A DNA stretch of 64,000 nt, taken from assembly GCA_964472295.1 (NCBI GenBank), contig CAYYJQ010000009.1:244-64243 (forward strand). Direction: 5' to 3'. The position numbers and the translations under genes are program-made. Positions 34,883 through 47,481 of this stretch are shown here, piece by piece; positions within the stretch are counted from its first letter, which is position 1; every line of letters begins with the position of its first letter. Under the pieces are notes generated by a model. It did not search any database. It saw only the letters and a program-made list of their open reading frames with translations, and was not told the DNA's origin. The DNA comes from an uncultured Thermodesulfobacteriota bacterium. Its GTDB lineage: Bacteria; Desulfobacterota; GWC2-55-46; JADFVP01.

Positions 34883-35576
34883 GTATCCTCATCATCCATC
34901 CAGGTCTCTGTTCATCGGCTATCACGCCCTTGCCGGAGTATTCTATTCGCGCGTCTGATATGAGGTTCGAGTCCACGTGGTTATCAACGCTAAGGTCTTC
35001 TGGTCTTATGATGCCGCTAAGCACGAGGTACTGGTGTTCGTTATTGAGTATGGTGTCTTTCTTGCCCTCTATTACGAGGTTTCCGTTACCGAGGACCTCC
35101 ACCACCCTTGCCGTGATGCTCGCCGAGAACTGTCCCGAGCGCTTTGTTGTGCCCGAGCCGTCAAAGGCGGAGTCGTAGTTGCTTGCCACCTCGGGGCTGA
35201 AGGGCTGGCCCTGACCGAGAAAGTCGCTCATGCCGAACTTGAGCGGAAGGCCGAGGAACTTCTTGATGGCTATGTCATTATTGGAGGTACGCGCCGTGCT
35301 CGTTGTGGCCTCCTTCGTGGCGCTCGTCTTCTCGGAGATTGTGACAGTTACCGTGTCTCCCACGTTACGGGCGCGCAGATCCTGAAAGAAACTGTTCCTC
35401 GTAGTCTCCCCCGGCCATATTGAGCCCGCTGTGTAGGCGTGGTGAGAACCCTGCATGGGTATGTTCGAGGTGTCTATCTTTACGGGCCTCGGAGTCGCGC
35501 ATCCCGCGGCAAGAAAGAGTGCCATGAGGACGATTCCCTTGAGTACACGCCCGTTTATGCGCATTGTTTTTCTCAT
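34860..35576 (-). CDS. flgH: Flagellar L-ring lipoprotein FlgH.
   Basis: It has a lipobox LFLAAGC. ...SFDGSGTTKRSGQFSASITARVVEVLGNGNLVIEGKK is FlgH-type. Confidence 0.8.
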   Translation of the reverse strand: MRKTMRINGRVLKGIVLMALFLAAGCATPRPVKIDTSNIPMQGSHHAYTAGSIWPGETTRNSFFQDLRARNVGDTVTVTISEKTSATKEATTSTARTSNNDIAIKKFLGLPLKFGMSDFLGQGQPFSPEVASNYDSAFDGSGTTKRSGQFSASITARVVEVLGNGNLVIEGKKDTILNNEHQYLVLSGIIRPEDLSVDNHVDSNLISDARIEYSGKGVIADEQRPGWMMRILDNVWPF

Positions 35577-36280
35577 CTTACTCCCATTGCCATGCGGCCA
35601 GGGCCCGTGACAACGCCGGATATGACCCTTCCACCAGTGGTTCGGGCCTTTACAGGGGAATCAAGACCCCCGTCCGAGAGGGCCGTGGCCCTCGAGCGCA
35701 CCATGATATGACCCACCTTTGCAAGGACAAGAAGACTCTGCCCCTTTCGTACCATTAGCGGCCTCTTTAGATAATCAGCCCTGACTATCCTTCCAGCGGT
35801 TATGGGCCTTGCCGCGGCCATGCCCATTACAGAGTCGAGACCCCGGGCGGCCTCCCCTGGGACAAGACGCCTGTCCACGCGACGCATTTCCACGTCACCC
35901 TCTCCTATCACCTCGCCCATCCTTATGGAGCGGAGGGCGCGCACCACGTAACAAAAGACCTTTACGCGGGTAGTTACGATAATGGTCCTTAGACGGCGCC
36001 CGTTCCTCATGAGTTCCACGTTAAAGGAGACCCTTCCCGTTATATGCCCCTTCCGTCGAGGCGAGACATGGAATGAAAAACCGCTCCCCTCGGGAATACT
36101 GCCCGTTGAGACTAAAAGGTCGCCTATCAGGACGTCCCCTGCCTTGAGGGTGTTGAAGTTGGCATGTGAGAGGACGTACTCCCTGATGGCGTCCTCAAGA
36201 GAGCCCACGCCTCCTCCCTTGCCAAGGGCCGGAATTGTTGAGAAGAGAAGGATTAATGTCGTTAAGGTAATTTTTTTCAT
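35573..36280 (-). CDS. flgA: FlgA, the P-ring assembly chaperone.
   Basis: It has a signal peptide and a SAF-like C-terminus (RPITAGRIVRADYLKRPLMVRKGQSLLVLAKVG). I chose the start at MKKITLTT. Confidence 0.65.
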   Translation of the reverse strand: MKKITLTTLILLFSTIPALGKGGGVGSLEDAIREYVLSHANFNTLKAGDVLIGDLLVSTGSIPEGSGFSFHVSPRRKGHITGRVSFNVELMRNGRRLRTIIVTTRVKVFCYVVRALRSIRMGEVIGEGDVEMRRVDRRLVPGEAARGLDSVMGMAAARPITAGRIVRADYLKRPLMVRKGQSLLVLAKVGHIMVRSRATALSDGGLDSPVKARTTGGRVISGVVTGPGRMAMGVR

Positions 36281-36370
36281 TATCACCACCTTCAAGAGGG
36301 CCTGGGTTGGCGAAGGATTTTCAAATATAATAAATGGGCCTCCCATCCCCTGTCTCCTGCCTGCCTGCGC

Positions 36371-36390
36371 CGCTGGAAGGTCTGAATTAA
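36371..36390. repeat. Palindrome GTCTGAATTAATCAGAC, family 2, between flgG and flgA.
   Basis: It is the reverse complement of the copy at 3424-3442, within GGAAAGTCTGATTAATTCAGACTTTCC. Confidence 0.5.
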
Positions 36391-36427
36391 TCAGACTTTT
36401 CTCAGAGCAATGGGCCTTCTCCCCCCC

Positions 36428-37216
36428 TTACCTCTTCATTGAGTTAGATGCCTGGAGCATCTCGTCGGCTGTCTGAATGGCCTTGGAGTTTATCTCATAG
36501 GCACGCTGGGCCACTATCATGTCCACCATCTCCTCCACCACGCTCACGTTGGAGGTCTCCACAAAGCCCTGGGCCAGGGTGCCGAGGCCGTCTGTGCCAG
36601 GGGCCGCGGTCACGGCATCGCCTGACGAGGCCGTGGCGGTAAAGAGGTTCTTGCCTATTGGTTTCAGGCCCCCGGGGTTTATGAAACGGGCAAGTTCCAT
36701 GTTGCCAACCTCTGTTGGGGCGCTGGAGCCGGGCTCGGTTACGGAGACTATGCCGTCGGCGCTTATTGTTATGGTAAGGGCCGTGTCGGGTATGCTTATC
36801 TCGGGGGTTACGGTGTATCCATCGGAATTAACGAGTCGCCCGGAACTATCGATCTTGAACTCGCCGTTTCGAGTATAGGCCGTCTCGCCATCAGGTTTGA
36901 GAATCTGAAAGAACCCGGCTCCCTCTACGGCAAGGTCAAGGGGATTTTCCGTCTTCTGGAGGTTACCCTGCGTGAAGAGGTGCTCTGTTGCCACGGTCCT
37001 TACGCCCTGGCCCACGTTAAGCCCTGTTGGGACCACTGTGGAGGGCGAGGAAGAGGCCCCTGCGGAGCGCAGTTCTTCATATAAAAGGTCCTGATAATCG
37101 GGCCGCGACTTCTTGAAGCCAACGGTATTGACGTTGGCAAGGTTATGGGCAATCATGTCCACGTGCAACTGCTGGGCCTCCATGCCCGTGGAGGCCGTCC
37201 ATAGGGCCCTCAGCAT
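36428..37216 (-). CDS. flgG: Flagellar distal rod protein FlgG.
   Basis: MLRALWTASTGMEAQQLHVDMIAHNLANVNTVGFK ... VSVVEEMVDMIVAQRAYEINSKAIQTADEM. 262 aa. Confidence 0.85.
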   Translation of the reverse strand: MLRALWTASTGMEAQQLHVDMIAHNLANVNTVGFKKSRPDYQDLLYEELRSAGASSSPSTVVPTGLNVGQGVRTVATEHLFTQGNLQKTENPLDLAVEGAGFFQILKPDGETAYTRNGEFKIDSSGRLVNSDGYTVTPEISIPDTALTITISADGIVSVTEPGSSAPTEVGNMELARFINPGGLKPIGKNLFTATASSGDAVTAAPGTDGLGTLAQGFVETSNVSVVEEMVDMIVAQRAYEINSKAIQTADEMLQASNSMKR

Positions 37217-37253
37217 TTCATACCTCCCCTGAATATCATGGTTTTGAGGTCCA

Positions 37254-37967
37254 TCATCCTACCCTTCCCACCTCTTCAATGGCCTTTCTGCTCATCTCGT
37301 CAATAGTCTGTATCATCTTGACCTGCGTCTGGTAGGCCCGGAGGTTGTCCATCATGGTGGCCATCTCTCCTACGGGGCTTACGTTCGAGGCCTCTATGAA
37401 CCCCTGAAGCACGGCTGTCTTCCCCTCATCAACGAGCATGGGCCGGGCAGGGCCGCCTGCCCTGTAGACGCCCCCCTCGTATACAAGGCCAGATGTGTCG
37501 GAGAACCTCACCACCTTGAGTTTCCCCACGACAGCGCCCCCTTCAGAGACCGTGCCTGAGGAATCAACAGAGGCATCGGGGCGGGTAAGGGCAATGGGGC
37601 CGTTCTCGCCGAGCACGGTAAAACCCGTCTTTGTGGCGAGCCTGCCCGACCTGTCTATCATGAAGTCGCCCTGACGGGTGTACCGAGGGCCGCGCTGGGT
37701 GCGCACCACGAAGAAACCCTCTCCCTCGATGGCAAGGTCAAGGGGCCTCCCGCTCCTTGAGACCACGCCCGGAGAGGGGTCCATGCGGGGCTTTCCAGCG
37801 GCCACGAAGGCGCGTGTCGAGCCTGCCGTGGGCTCTACCACGGTAAATACGGGCCTGAACTTTCTAAAGCCAGGGGTTCCCATGTTGGCCATGTTGTTGC
37901 TCTGCCTGTTAAGCCTCTCAAGGCCGGCCTTGAGGCCCGTAAGGGCCACGAATATAGACCTGTCCAT
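37254..37967 (-). CDS. flgF: Flagellar proximal rod protein FlgF (or a second FlgG-type rod protein).
   Basis: MDRSIFVALTGLKAGLERLNRQSNNMANMGTPGFR ... VSPVGEMATMMDNLRAYQTQVKMIQTIDEM. 237 aa. Confidence 0.75.
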   Translation of the reverse strand: MDRSIFVALTGLKAGLERLNRQSNNMANMGTPGFRKFRPVFTVVEPTAGSTRAFVAAGKPRMDPSPGVVSRSGRPLDLAIEGEGFFVVRTQRGPRYTRQGDFMIDRSGRLATKTGFTVLGENGPIALTRPDASVDSSGTVSEGGAVVGKLKVVRFSDTSGLVYEGGVYRAGGPARPMLVDEGKTAVLQGFIEASNVSPVGEMATMMDNLRAYQTQVKMIQTIDEMSRKAIEEVGRVG

Positions 37968-38007
37968 TCACTCACCTCCGCGCAAAAGACTACGCAAGGT
38001 CTGAATC

Positions 38008-38022
38008 GCAACAACTGTGCCA
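38008..38022 (-). promoter_or_regulatory. Sigma-54 promoter of the flgF-led rod/ring operon.
   Basis: The minus strand reads TGGCACAGTTGTTGC, which is TGGCAC-N5-TTGC. The -12 element lies ~40 nt upstream of the flgF ATG. Confidence 0.6.
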
Positions 38023-38278
38023 GTTACACTGTAGAGGGTAGGGGAAAAAACAGGGACCCCTTGAGGAGTCCCTTCATGTGGAGGGAAAAGGGCCGTAAAA
38101 TGAGGATTATCCCGTAATGGACGTATCCTGAACAAGGTAGCGCCTGCGCTGGCCTACGTAGAGAAAGGCCGGCGCCTTGTTGTACGCGGTGAGGAGGCGC
38201 TCCAGGGGCGGCTTGGCAGGGGACAAACCGTTCTGGAAGATTGTGCCTCTTCCCAAGAGAGGAAGGGGCAATTTTTAC

Positions 38279-39181
38279 CTATGCGAAGACGACCCTGTCG
38301 CGGCCCCGCTCCTTTGCCATGTAAAGGGCCTTGTCCGCCGCGGCAATAAGACGGTCAACGTCTTCCCTGCCGCTCCATGTGGCAAGACCCGCGCTAAGGG
38401 TAAACCTTATCTCAACTCCATTGTATATAAAGGGCTCGAACCGCACCTCATCGAGTATCCTCTCGCAGATAATGGCGGCATCCTGTTCATTGGCCCCTGG
38501 AAGGACAAGAACGAATTCTTCTCCTCCGTAGCGCCCAAGAAAGTCATAAGGCCTTACGGACGAGGATATACGCGCCACGCATTCTCTTAACACAGCGTCT
38601 CCGGTCTGGTGGCCGTAGGTGTCATTAACGGACTTGAAGTGATCTATGTCGAGCATGGCGATGCTGATACTCTTTTTCTCTCTCTCCGCTCGGTTGAGCT
38701 CGGCGTCAAGGTGCTCGAAGAGGGCCCTCCTGTTGGGAACTCTCGTAAGGGCGTCTGTACGGGACTGGACGCGTATCATCTCCTTTGCCTCGAGGAGCTC
38801 ACTCTGAAGTCCTATTATCCTCGCCCCTGCCTTGACGCGGACCTCGAGTTCCTGCCGGTTGTATGGTTTTACGATATAATCATCGGCCCCGGTCTTGAGA
38901 CCTTCCACTATATCTTCCTGCGCGCTGTTGGAGGTAAGGAGTATGATATACGTATACTCCTCGTCGCCCTTTTCTCTTACCTTTTTGCAGAGTTCAAGGC
39001 CGCTGAGGCCCGGCATCATCCAGTCAAGGACAGCGATACGCGGGGGGTCTTCTTGCTTGAACTCCTCCCAGGCCGCGTCTCCGTCGGCTACGGCCGAAAC
39101 TTTATAACCGAGTTTTTCAAGGACAGCGCCGAGTATGCGCCTTGAGGTGGTATCGTCCTCTGCCACAAGTATCTTCATCAC
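38279..39181 (-). CDS. Response regulator with a GGDEF diguanylate cyclase output (PleD/WspR-like).
   Basis: REC domain (MMKILVAEDDTTSRR...DWMMPGLSGLEL) followed by GGDEF (...RYGGEEFVLVL...). Confidence 0.85.
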   Translation of the reverse strand: MMKILVAEDDTTSRRILGAVLEKLGYKVSAVADGDAAWEEFKQEDPPRIAVLDWMMPGLSGLELCKKVREKGDEEYTYIILLTSNSAQEDIVEGLKTGADDYIVKPYNRQELEVRVKAGARIIGLQSELLEAKEMIRVQSRTDALTRVPNRRALFEHLDAELNRAEREKKSISIAMLDIDHFKSVNDTYGHQTGDAVLRECVARISSSVRPYDFLGRYGGEEFVLVLPGANEQDAAIICERILDEVRFEPFIYNGVEIRFTLSAGLATWSGREDVDRLIAAADKALYMAKERGRDRVVFA

Positions 39182-39206
39182 AAACTCCTTTATTCATGTG
39201 CGCTCT

Positions 39207-42872
<3,666 letters not shown>

Positions 42873-43121
42873 CAGGCGCGGTGATGCGGCCCTCTGGCAA
42901 GGCGGCCCTTTTTCTTCTTATCGCTGCATAGGGGCCGTTCCTTTAACCTTTTATAAGAGGAAGGTCTGATTTATTCAAGCCTTCACTCTGCAAGAGAGAC
43001 GCCGTTACTCTTGAAAAATGTAAGTCCTTAAAAATATGAAAAAATAAAGGCCTGGTTTTTTTCCCTTATCTCTCCTTATTCAGAGAGTAATCAAGGAGTG
43101 GTTCCCAAGAAAAAAGGGGTT

Positions 43122-43517
43122 ATGATGAAAAAGGTTCAGAAGACAGAAGACCAGTGGCGCGAAGTCCTCTCAGAGGAAGAATTTATGGTAACGCGTGAAA
43201 AGGGCACGGAACGCGCCTTTACGGGCAGGTACTGGGATTGCCATGAAGAGGGCGTGTATCACTGCATCTGCTGTGGGGCCGCGCTCTTTGAATCTGCCTC
43301 AAAGTTCGACTCAGGAACGGGCTGGCCAAGTTTCACAGGGCCAGTTACGCCGGATAGCGTTGATACGGCCACGGACAAAAGCCTTGGCATGGTCCGCGTA
43401 GAAGTCCTCTGCCCCTCCTGCGGGGCACACCTCGGCCATGTCTTTGACGATGGGCCGGGGCCAGGGGGAAAGAGGTACTGTATCAACTCCATTGCCCTCA
43501 GCCTCAAGAAAAAATAG
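43122..43517 (+). CDS. msrB: Peptide-methionine (R)-S-oxide reductase MsrB.
   Basis: CxxC...CxxC zinc motifs and the catalytic region GTGWPSF...RVEVLCPSCGAHLGHVFDDGP are present. I chose the start at ATGATGAAAAAG, with AAGGGG upstream. The track's GTG start lies directly after the SD. Confidence 0.8.
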   Translation: MMKKVQKTEDQWREVLSEEEFMVTREKGTERAFTGRYWDCHEEGVYHCICCGAALFESASKFDSGTGWPSFTGPVTPDSVDTATDKSLGMVRVEVLCPSCGAHLGHVFDDGPGPGGKRYCINSIALSLKKK

Positions 43518-43556
43518 GGCCGCCCAAGTTTGGGCCACGGCCCATTAAGGTCTAAA

Positions 43557-44435
43557 ATGAAAGAGAAAAAAATTACCCTGAGACAAGCCCTGTCTCTCAC
43601 AGAGTCATCCCTTGCCCGTGCGGGCATAGAAGGGGCAGTGACGGAGGCCGAGTGGATACTTGAGGAGATACTTGGCCTTAAGAGGTTTGAACTTTACCTG
43701 GAGGCCGGCAGGAGGCTTACACAGGAGGAGAGGGAGAGGCTCGGGGATATTATCCGTAGACGGGTAAGAAGGGAGCCCCTTGCCCATATCCTGGGAGCCG
43801 TTGACTTCCGGGGGCAGAGGATAGGGGTCTCGGGAGACGTACTCATACCGCGACCCGAGACCGAGGTCCTCGTGGAGGAGGCCCTCGGTGTACTGAAAAA
43901 AGAAGGCGGACCATGGCTGGTCCTTGAGCCCTGCACAGGCTCCGGGTGCGTAAGCGTGGCCCTTGGGGCGGAATACGGAGATATAAGGATAATAGCCCTT
44001 GATATAAGCATGGCCGCCCTTGACATAGCACAGAAGAACGCCCGCGCCTGCGGGGTGAAGGAGAAGATAGATTTTCTCCGGGCTGATATTAATTGCCCGC
44101 CCCTGAAGGAACGACCTGTATTTGACATGATAATTTCCAACCCTCCCTATGTGCCAAGTGGCGTGATTGGGGGCCTTGCGCCTGAGGTAAGGGACTATGA
44201 GCCCGCAATCGCCCTTGACGGCGGCCCCACTGGGCTGGACTGTGTCAAGGGGATTATCCGGGTCTCGGCGGCACTCCTCAGGCCAGGAGGGCACTTGCTT
44301 CTTGAGTTTGGCGTGGGGCAGGGTAATGAGATTATGGAGTTTTCCAAAAGGACGCAGGCATTTGAGTCTATTGAGATAAAAAAAGACCTCTCTGGCATGG
44401 AGAGGATCTTGGTGGCAAGAAGGAAGACCCTTTAG
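43557..44435 (+). CDS. prmC: Release-factor glutamine N5-methyltransferase PrmC (HemK).
   Basis: NPPYV motif (MIISNPPYVPSG) plus LEPCTGSGCVSVAL motif I. I chose the start at MKEKKITLRQAL. Confidence 0.8.
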   Translation: MKEKKITLRQALSLTESSLARAGIEGAVTEAEWILEEILGLKRFELYLEAGRRLTQEERERLGDIIRRRVRREPLAHILGAVDFRGQRIGVSGDVLIPRPETEVLVEEALGVLKKEGGPWLVLEPCTGSGCVSVALGAEYGDIRIIALDISMAALDIAQKNARACGVKEKIDFLRADINCPPLKERPVFDMIISNPPYVPSGVIGGLAPEVRDYEPAIALDGGPTGLDCVKGIIRVSAALLRPGGHLLLEFGVGQGNEIMEFSKRTQAFESIEIKKDLSGMERILVARRKTL

Positions 44436-44522
44436 ACAGACCGTTATACCTATTGGCCAATCTAATGGTGATGAGGGCGGATACCTGCCCGGCCAGACCG
44501 TCAGTCAGGTGAAACCCCAATG

Positions 44523-44566
44523 AGCAAAAAAAACGCCCTTTCGCTCCATTGAGCGAAAGGGCGTTT
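44523..44566 (-). terminator. Rho-independent terminator for narK. A 16-bp perfect stem is followed by U8 on the minus strand, and it may also act on plus-strand prmC transcripts.
   Basis: AAACGCCCTTTCGCTC-catt-GAGCGAAAGGGCGTTT, with the A8 run at 44524-44531 giving U8 on the minus-strand RNA. Confidence 0.7.
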
Positions 44567-44648
44567 GATTGTGCTTTCTGGCAGGGCTTTTTTTCAGAAC
44601 TCCTGGGGAGATTTTATAAAGGGTCTCTTTATATGCCCTGTTTTTTAC

Positions 44649-44733
44649 GCCCCATCTCTTTTTACGCCCCTTTGCCCCTTTGTCCCATTGCCCCATATAC
44701 CCCTACACCCCCTTGCCCCTTCTTGCCCCCCTG
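44649..44733. repeat. G-run tract (GGGGCAAGGGG-type) on the minus sense strand immediately 3' of the narK stop.
   Basis: cgccccatctctttttacgcccctttgcccctttgtcccattgccccatatacccctacacccccttgccccttcttgcccccctgcc. Confidence 0.55.
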
Positions 44734-44741
44734 CCGCCAGA

Positions 44742-46229
44742 TTAAGAGGCGTGACCAGCCTCTCTCTCTATCTCCCTGTCCACGCTGGACATGTGGTATT
44801 CCTCTCCAAAGGCGCCTTCGGGCTCCTTAAGGAAGAGGAAGCAGAAGACGAAACTGAAGAAAGCACCGGCTGAGATGATAAAGAAGAAGGTGTTGGGTTC
44901 GACCATAGTAAGGATGGTGAGATAGAAGACAGCGCCTACGTTACCATAGGACCCGGCCATACCCGAGACCTGCCCTGTAAGACGCCTCTTGACCATTGGG
45001 ATAATGGCAAATGTTGCGCCCTCGGCCCCCTGCACGAACATGGAGCAGGAGATGGTGAGCACCACGGCCAGGACTATTGGCCAGTGGGAGTTTATCATGC
45101 CCATGCCGAAGAAGCCTGCGGCAATACCGAACATGTAGATGAGCATGATGACCTTTCTGCTCTTGAGCATGTCGGAAAGAACACCGCCGAGGGGCCTTGC
45201 GAAGAGGTTGACAAAGGCGAATGAGGCCGCTATGAGACCGGCCCTCTCAGGGGTAAGTTCGAAGATACCCTGGAAAAAGGACGGAAGCATGGATATAACG
45301 GCGAGCTCGGCGCCAAAGTTACAGAAGTAGGTGGTGTTGAGGCTCGCCACCTGGTTGAAGTTGTATTTATCGTCCTCTGGCACGCCCTTCTTGAGTATGG
45401 GCAGGTTAACCTTGAAGGCCTGGTATATCTGGTAAAGGACGACGATGGCGATGACAGCGTAGCAGATAACGGCGCCCGTATTACCAAGGAAGCCCAGAGA
45501 GTTTATCCTCCATACAAGGATACTGATGATACCAACGCATGGTATGGTGAAGATGATGAGTTTAACGAGGTCGCCCCAAGTGCTTACCTCCATGGCCGCG
45601 ACCTTGCGGGGTTTGTGCTGAGGTGTTCCTGGCGGGCCGTCAGTGATTACGAACCAGTAGAAGATACCGTAAATGAGCATGATACCGCCGGTTATGGCGA
45701 TGGCGTAGCGCCAACCGTTTGCCCCGCCGAACCACCCAAGGGCTATTGTTGGTATGGTCATGGCGGCAGCGGCGGACCCGAAGTTGCCCCATCCGGCGTA
45801 GAAACCCTCGGCAAAACCAATGTCACGTGGCTTGAACCAGAGGGCTGTCATGTGGATACCAACGACAAAGCCGGCTCCAACGGAACTGAGTACGAGTCTT
45901 GATACGAGGAGCACTGAAAAGGTGTTACCAAAGGCAAAGACAAAGGTAGGTATGGCCATTAGGACCATGAGAATGGAAAAGACCCTTCGGGGCCCGTATT
46001 TATCGAGGAGCATACCGACAAGAAGACGGGCCGGTATGGTCAGGGCCACGTTGCTGATAGCAAAGAGTTTGATTTCTTTTTTGGTAAGCCAGCCAACCTC
46101 CTTGACCATTGTGGTGGCCAGAGGCGCCATATTGAACCATACGTAAAAGGTGATGAAGAACGCAATCCAGGTAAGATGCAAAGCCCTGATGTCTGGATCT
46201 GTGACTTTAAAAAGCCTTGAGACCTTCAT
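44742..46229 (-). CDS. narK: MFS nitrate/nitrite transporter (NarK/NasA family).
   Basis: 495 aa with 12 predicted TM helices. The NarK signature AGWGNFGSAAA and a second GxxxNxG-like region are present. Confidence 0.7.
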   Translation of the reverse strand: MKVSRLFKVTDPDIRALHLTWIAFFITFYVWFNMAPLATTMVKEVGWLTKKEIKLFAISNVALTIPARLLVGMLLDKYGPRRVFSILMVLMAIPTFVFAFGNTFSVLLVSRLVLSSVGAGFVVGIHMTALWFKPRDIGFAEGFYAGWGNFGSAAAAMTIPTIALGWFGGANGWRYAIAITGGIMLIYGIFYWFVITDGPPGTPQHKPRKVAAMEVSTWGDLVKLIIFTIPCVGIISILVWRINSLGFLGNTGAVICYAVIAIVVLYQIYQAFKVNLPILKKGVPEDDKYNFNQVASLNTTYFCNFGAELAVISMLPSFFQGIFELTPERAGLIAASFAFVNLFARPLGGVLSDMLKSRKVIMLIYMFGIAAGFFGMGMINSHWPIVLAVVLTISCSMFVQGAEGATFAIIPMVKRRLTGQVSGMAGSYGNVGAVFYLTILTMVEPNTFFFIISAGAFFSFVFCFLFLKEPEGAFGEEYHMSSVDREIEREAGHAS

Positions 46230-46303
46230 TTAATGTACACCCTCCTTCTCCTTGAGTTGACACATTTAACTCTACCTGTTCTTCCTCCCCCCGGAATCAA
46301 TGA

Positions 46304-46717
46304 TTACGAAGGCCCCATGATAAAGAGATGACACCCCGCATTCTTTACAAGGTAGGCGCTTATACTCTTCTGGAAAACAGACTCCAGGGCGCTCCTTTCC
46401 TTACGCGCCACGATCACGATGTCCGGAGACTTCTTTTCTATGGCCTTGAGTATCATCTTTCTCGGCTCGCCGGTAGCCACCATGACGTCGACATCAAGGC
46501 CATTATTCGAGACCCATTCCGCCGCCTTTCTTAGCGCGGCGCTCTTTTCCGCTTCATACTCCTTGGTAATAGTCTCATCCTCGAGGCTCGCGTCAAGGAC
46601 ATCCTCGGCCACAGAGACGAGTATCAACTCGGGCTTGAGTTCTTTAAAAAGATTAACAGCCCGCTCCAACGCCGCTTGCGCACTATCAGTCCCATCGTGA
46701 CAGTACATGATTTTCAT
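46304..46717 (-). CDS. Universal stress protein (UspA family).
   Basis: 137 aa. MKIMYCHDGTDSAQAALERAV...DVDVMVATGEPRKMILKAIEKKSPDIVIVA is the Usp ATP-binding fold. Confidence 0.75.
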   Translation of the reverse strand: MKIMYCHDGTDSAQAALERAVNLFKELKPELILVSVAEDVLDASLEDETITKEYEAEKSAALRKAAEWVSNNGLDVDVMVATGEPRKMILKAIEKKSPDIVIVARKERSALESVFQKSISAYLVKNAGCHLFIMGPS

Positions 46718-46831
46718 TAGGACACCTCCATAGTTCCCGTTAGTAACAACTTGCCGCCGAGTTCAATCAGGAAAAACCAAAATCCGCGAAACATGGAAAT
46801 GAAAAAGGACTACTAAAAAAAACCTCTAACC

Positions 46832-46930
46832 GTACCCCCTACGTATCCCCCTCCTCCCCACACTCCCCTTCTTACCAATCGCCAACCTTCAATTCGGCCC
46901 CTTCCCAACCCTTGCGCACCCCCCTTCCGC
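46832..46930. repeat. C-rich low-complexity tract on the plus strand (G-runs on the minus strand) upstream of usp.
   Basis: ccgtaccccctacgtatccccctcctccccacactccccttcttacc...ggccccttcccaacccttgcgcaccccccttccgc. Confidence 0.45.
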
Positions 46931-47182
46931 ATCGACTATGTTCAAGATGCACTGAAAGAAACAGATGACAGGACCGAACCACTTGAAATCAGGACGCACC
47001 TGTAGACACGACCCGAAACCTCTATTTAAACAAGACGCCCATATCAGGTTTGAGGAGATTGATATGGTAAATCCAATGTATGTGGCGATTAAATTTATGC
47101 TATTATATCAATAGATTAAATAATGTCAAGTAAAACCATTAATTTTTGCATCATTTTTGATTAACGAGCCATTAATAATTCA

Positions 47183-47395
47183 ATGGCAAGCTATGGGAAG
47201 GGAATGAGGGATGGGGAAATGGGCAGTTTTGTGTCATGCCCGGGACGATATTCGGCAGCCCTCGCTACAGTGGGCCACTCTTGGGAGTTTAAAACGCTTC
47301 ATAATAAGACCTCCTTTTTATGTAGACGTTGGGGTTCAAGTATATTTTACCACACTCAGGGCCTTTTTGGCCCTGAAATCATTTTTTAAAGCGCC
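47183..47395 (+). ncRNA. Candidate small RNA. It is a GGA/G-run-rich transcript with a weak intrinsic terminator, possibly a CsrA-titrating RNA.
   Basis: It is preceded by a ~150-bp AT-rich island (47040-47180). It begins AUGGGAAGGGAAUGAGGGAUGGGGAAAUGGG, with 4 GGA motifs in 30 nt, and carries 2 more (CGGGACG, UGGGAGU). It ends in hairpin CAGGGCC-UUUUU-GGCCCUG followed by aaatcaUUUUUU. Only short, low-quality ORFs overlap it. Confidence 0.25.
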
Positions 47396-47480
47396 CCGGC
47401 CTCCCCCCCCTTTTTTCATGCCCTTTCGCCCCTCCACTCACCTTCCCTAACGCCCCTGTATTCCGTCCCATGGGCCCCTT
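47391..47480. repeat. G-run tract on the minus sense strand immediately 3' of the geranylgeranyl reductase gene.
   Basis: gcgccccggcctccccccccttttttcatgccctttcgcccctccactcaccttccctaacgcccctgtattccgtcccatgggcccc. Confidence 0.5.
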
Positions 47481-47481
47481 C

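Noticed and set aside
47325-47345. tRNA or tmRNA T-arm-like GGGGTTCAAGT
   Set aside because: The flanking sequence does not form a T-stem, and there is no acceptor stem, CCA context or other tRNA arms.
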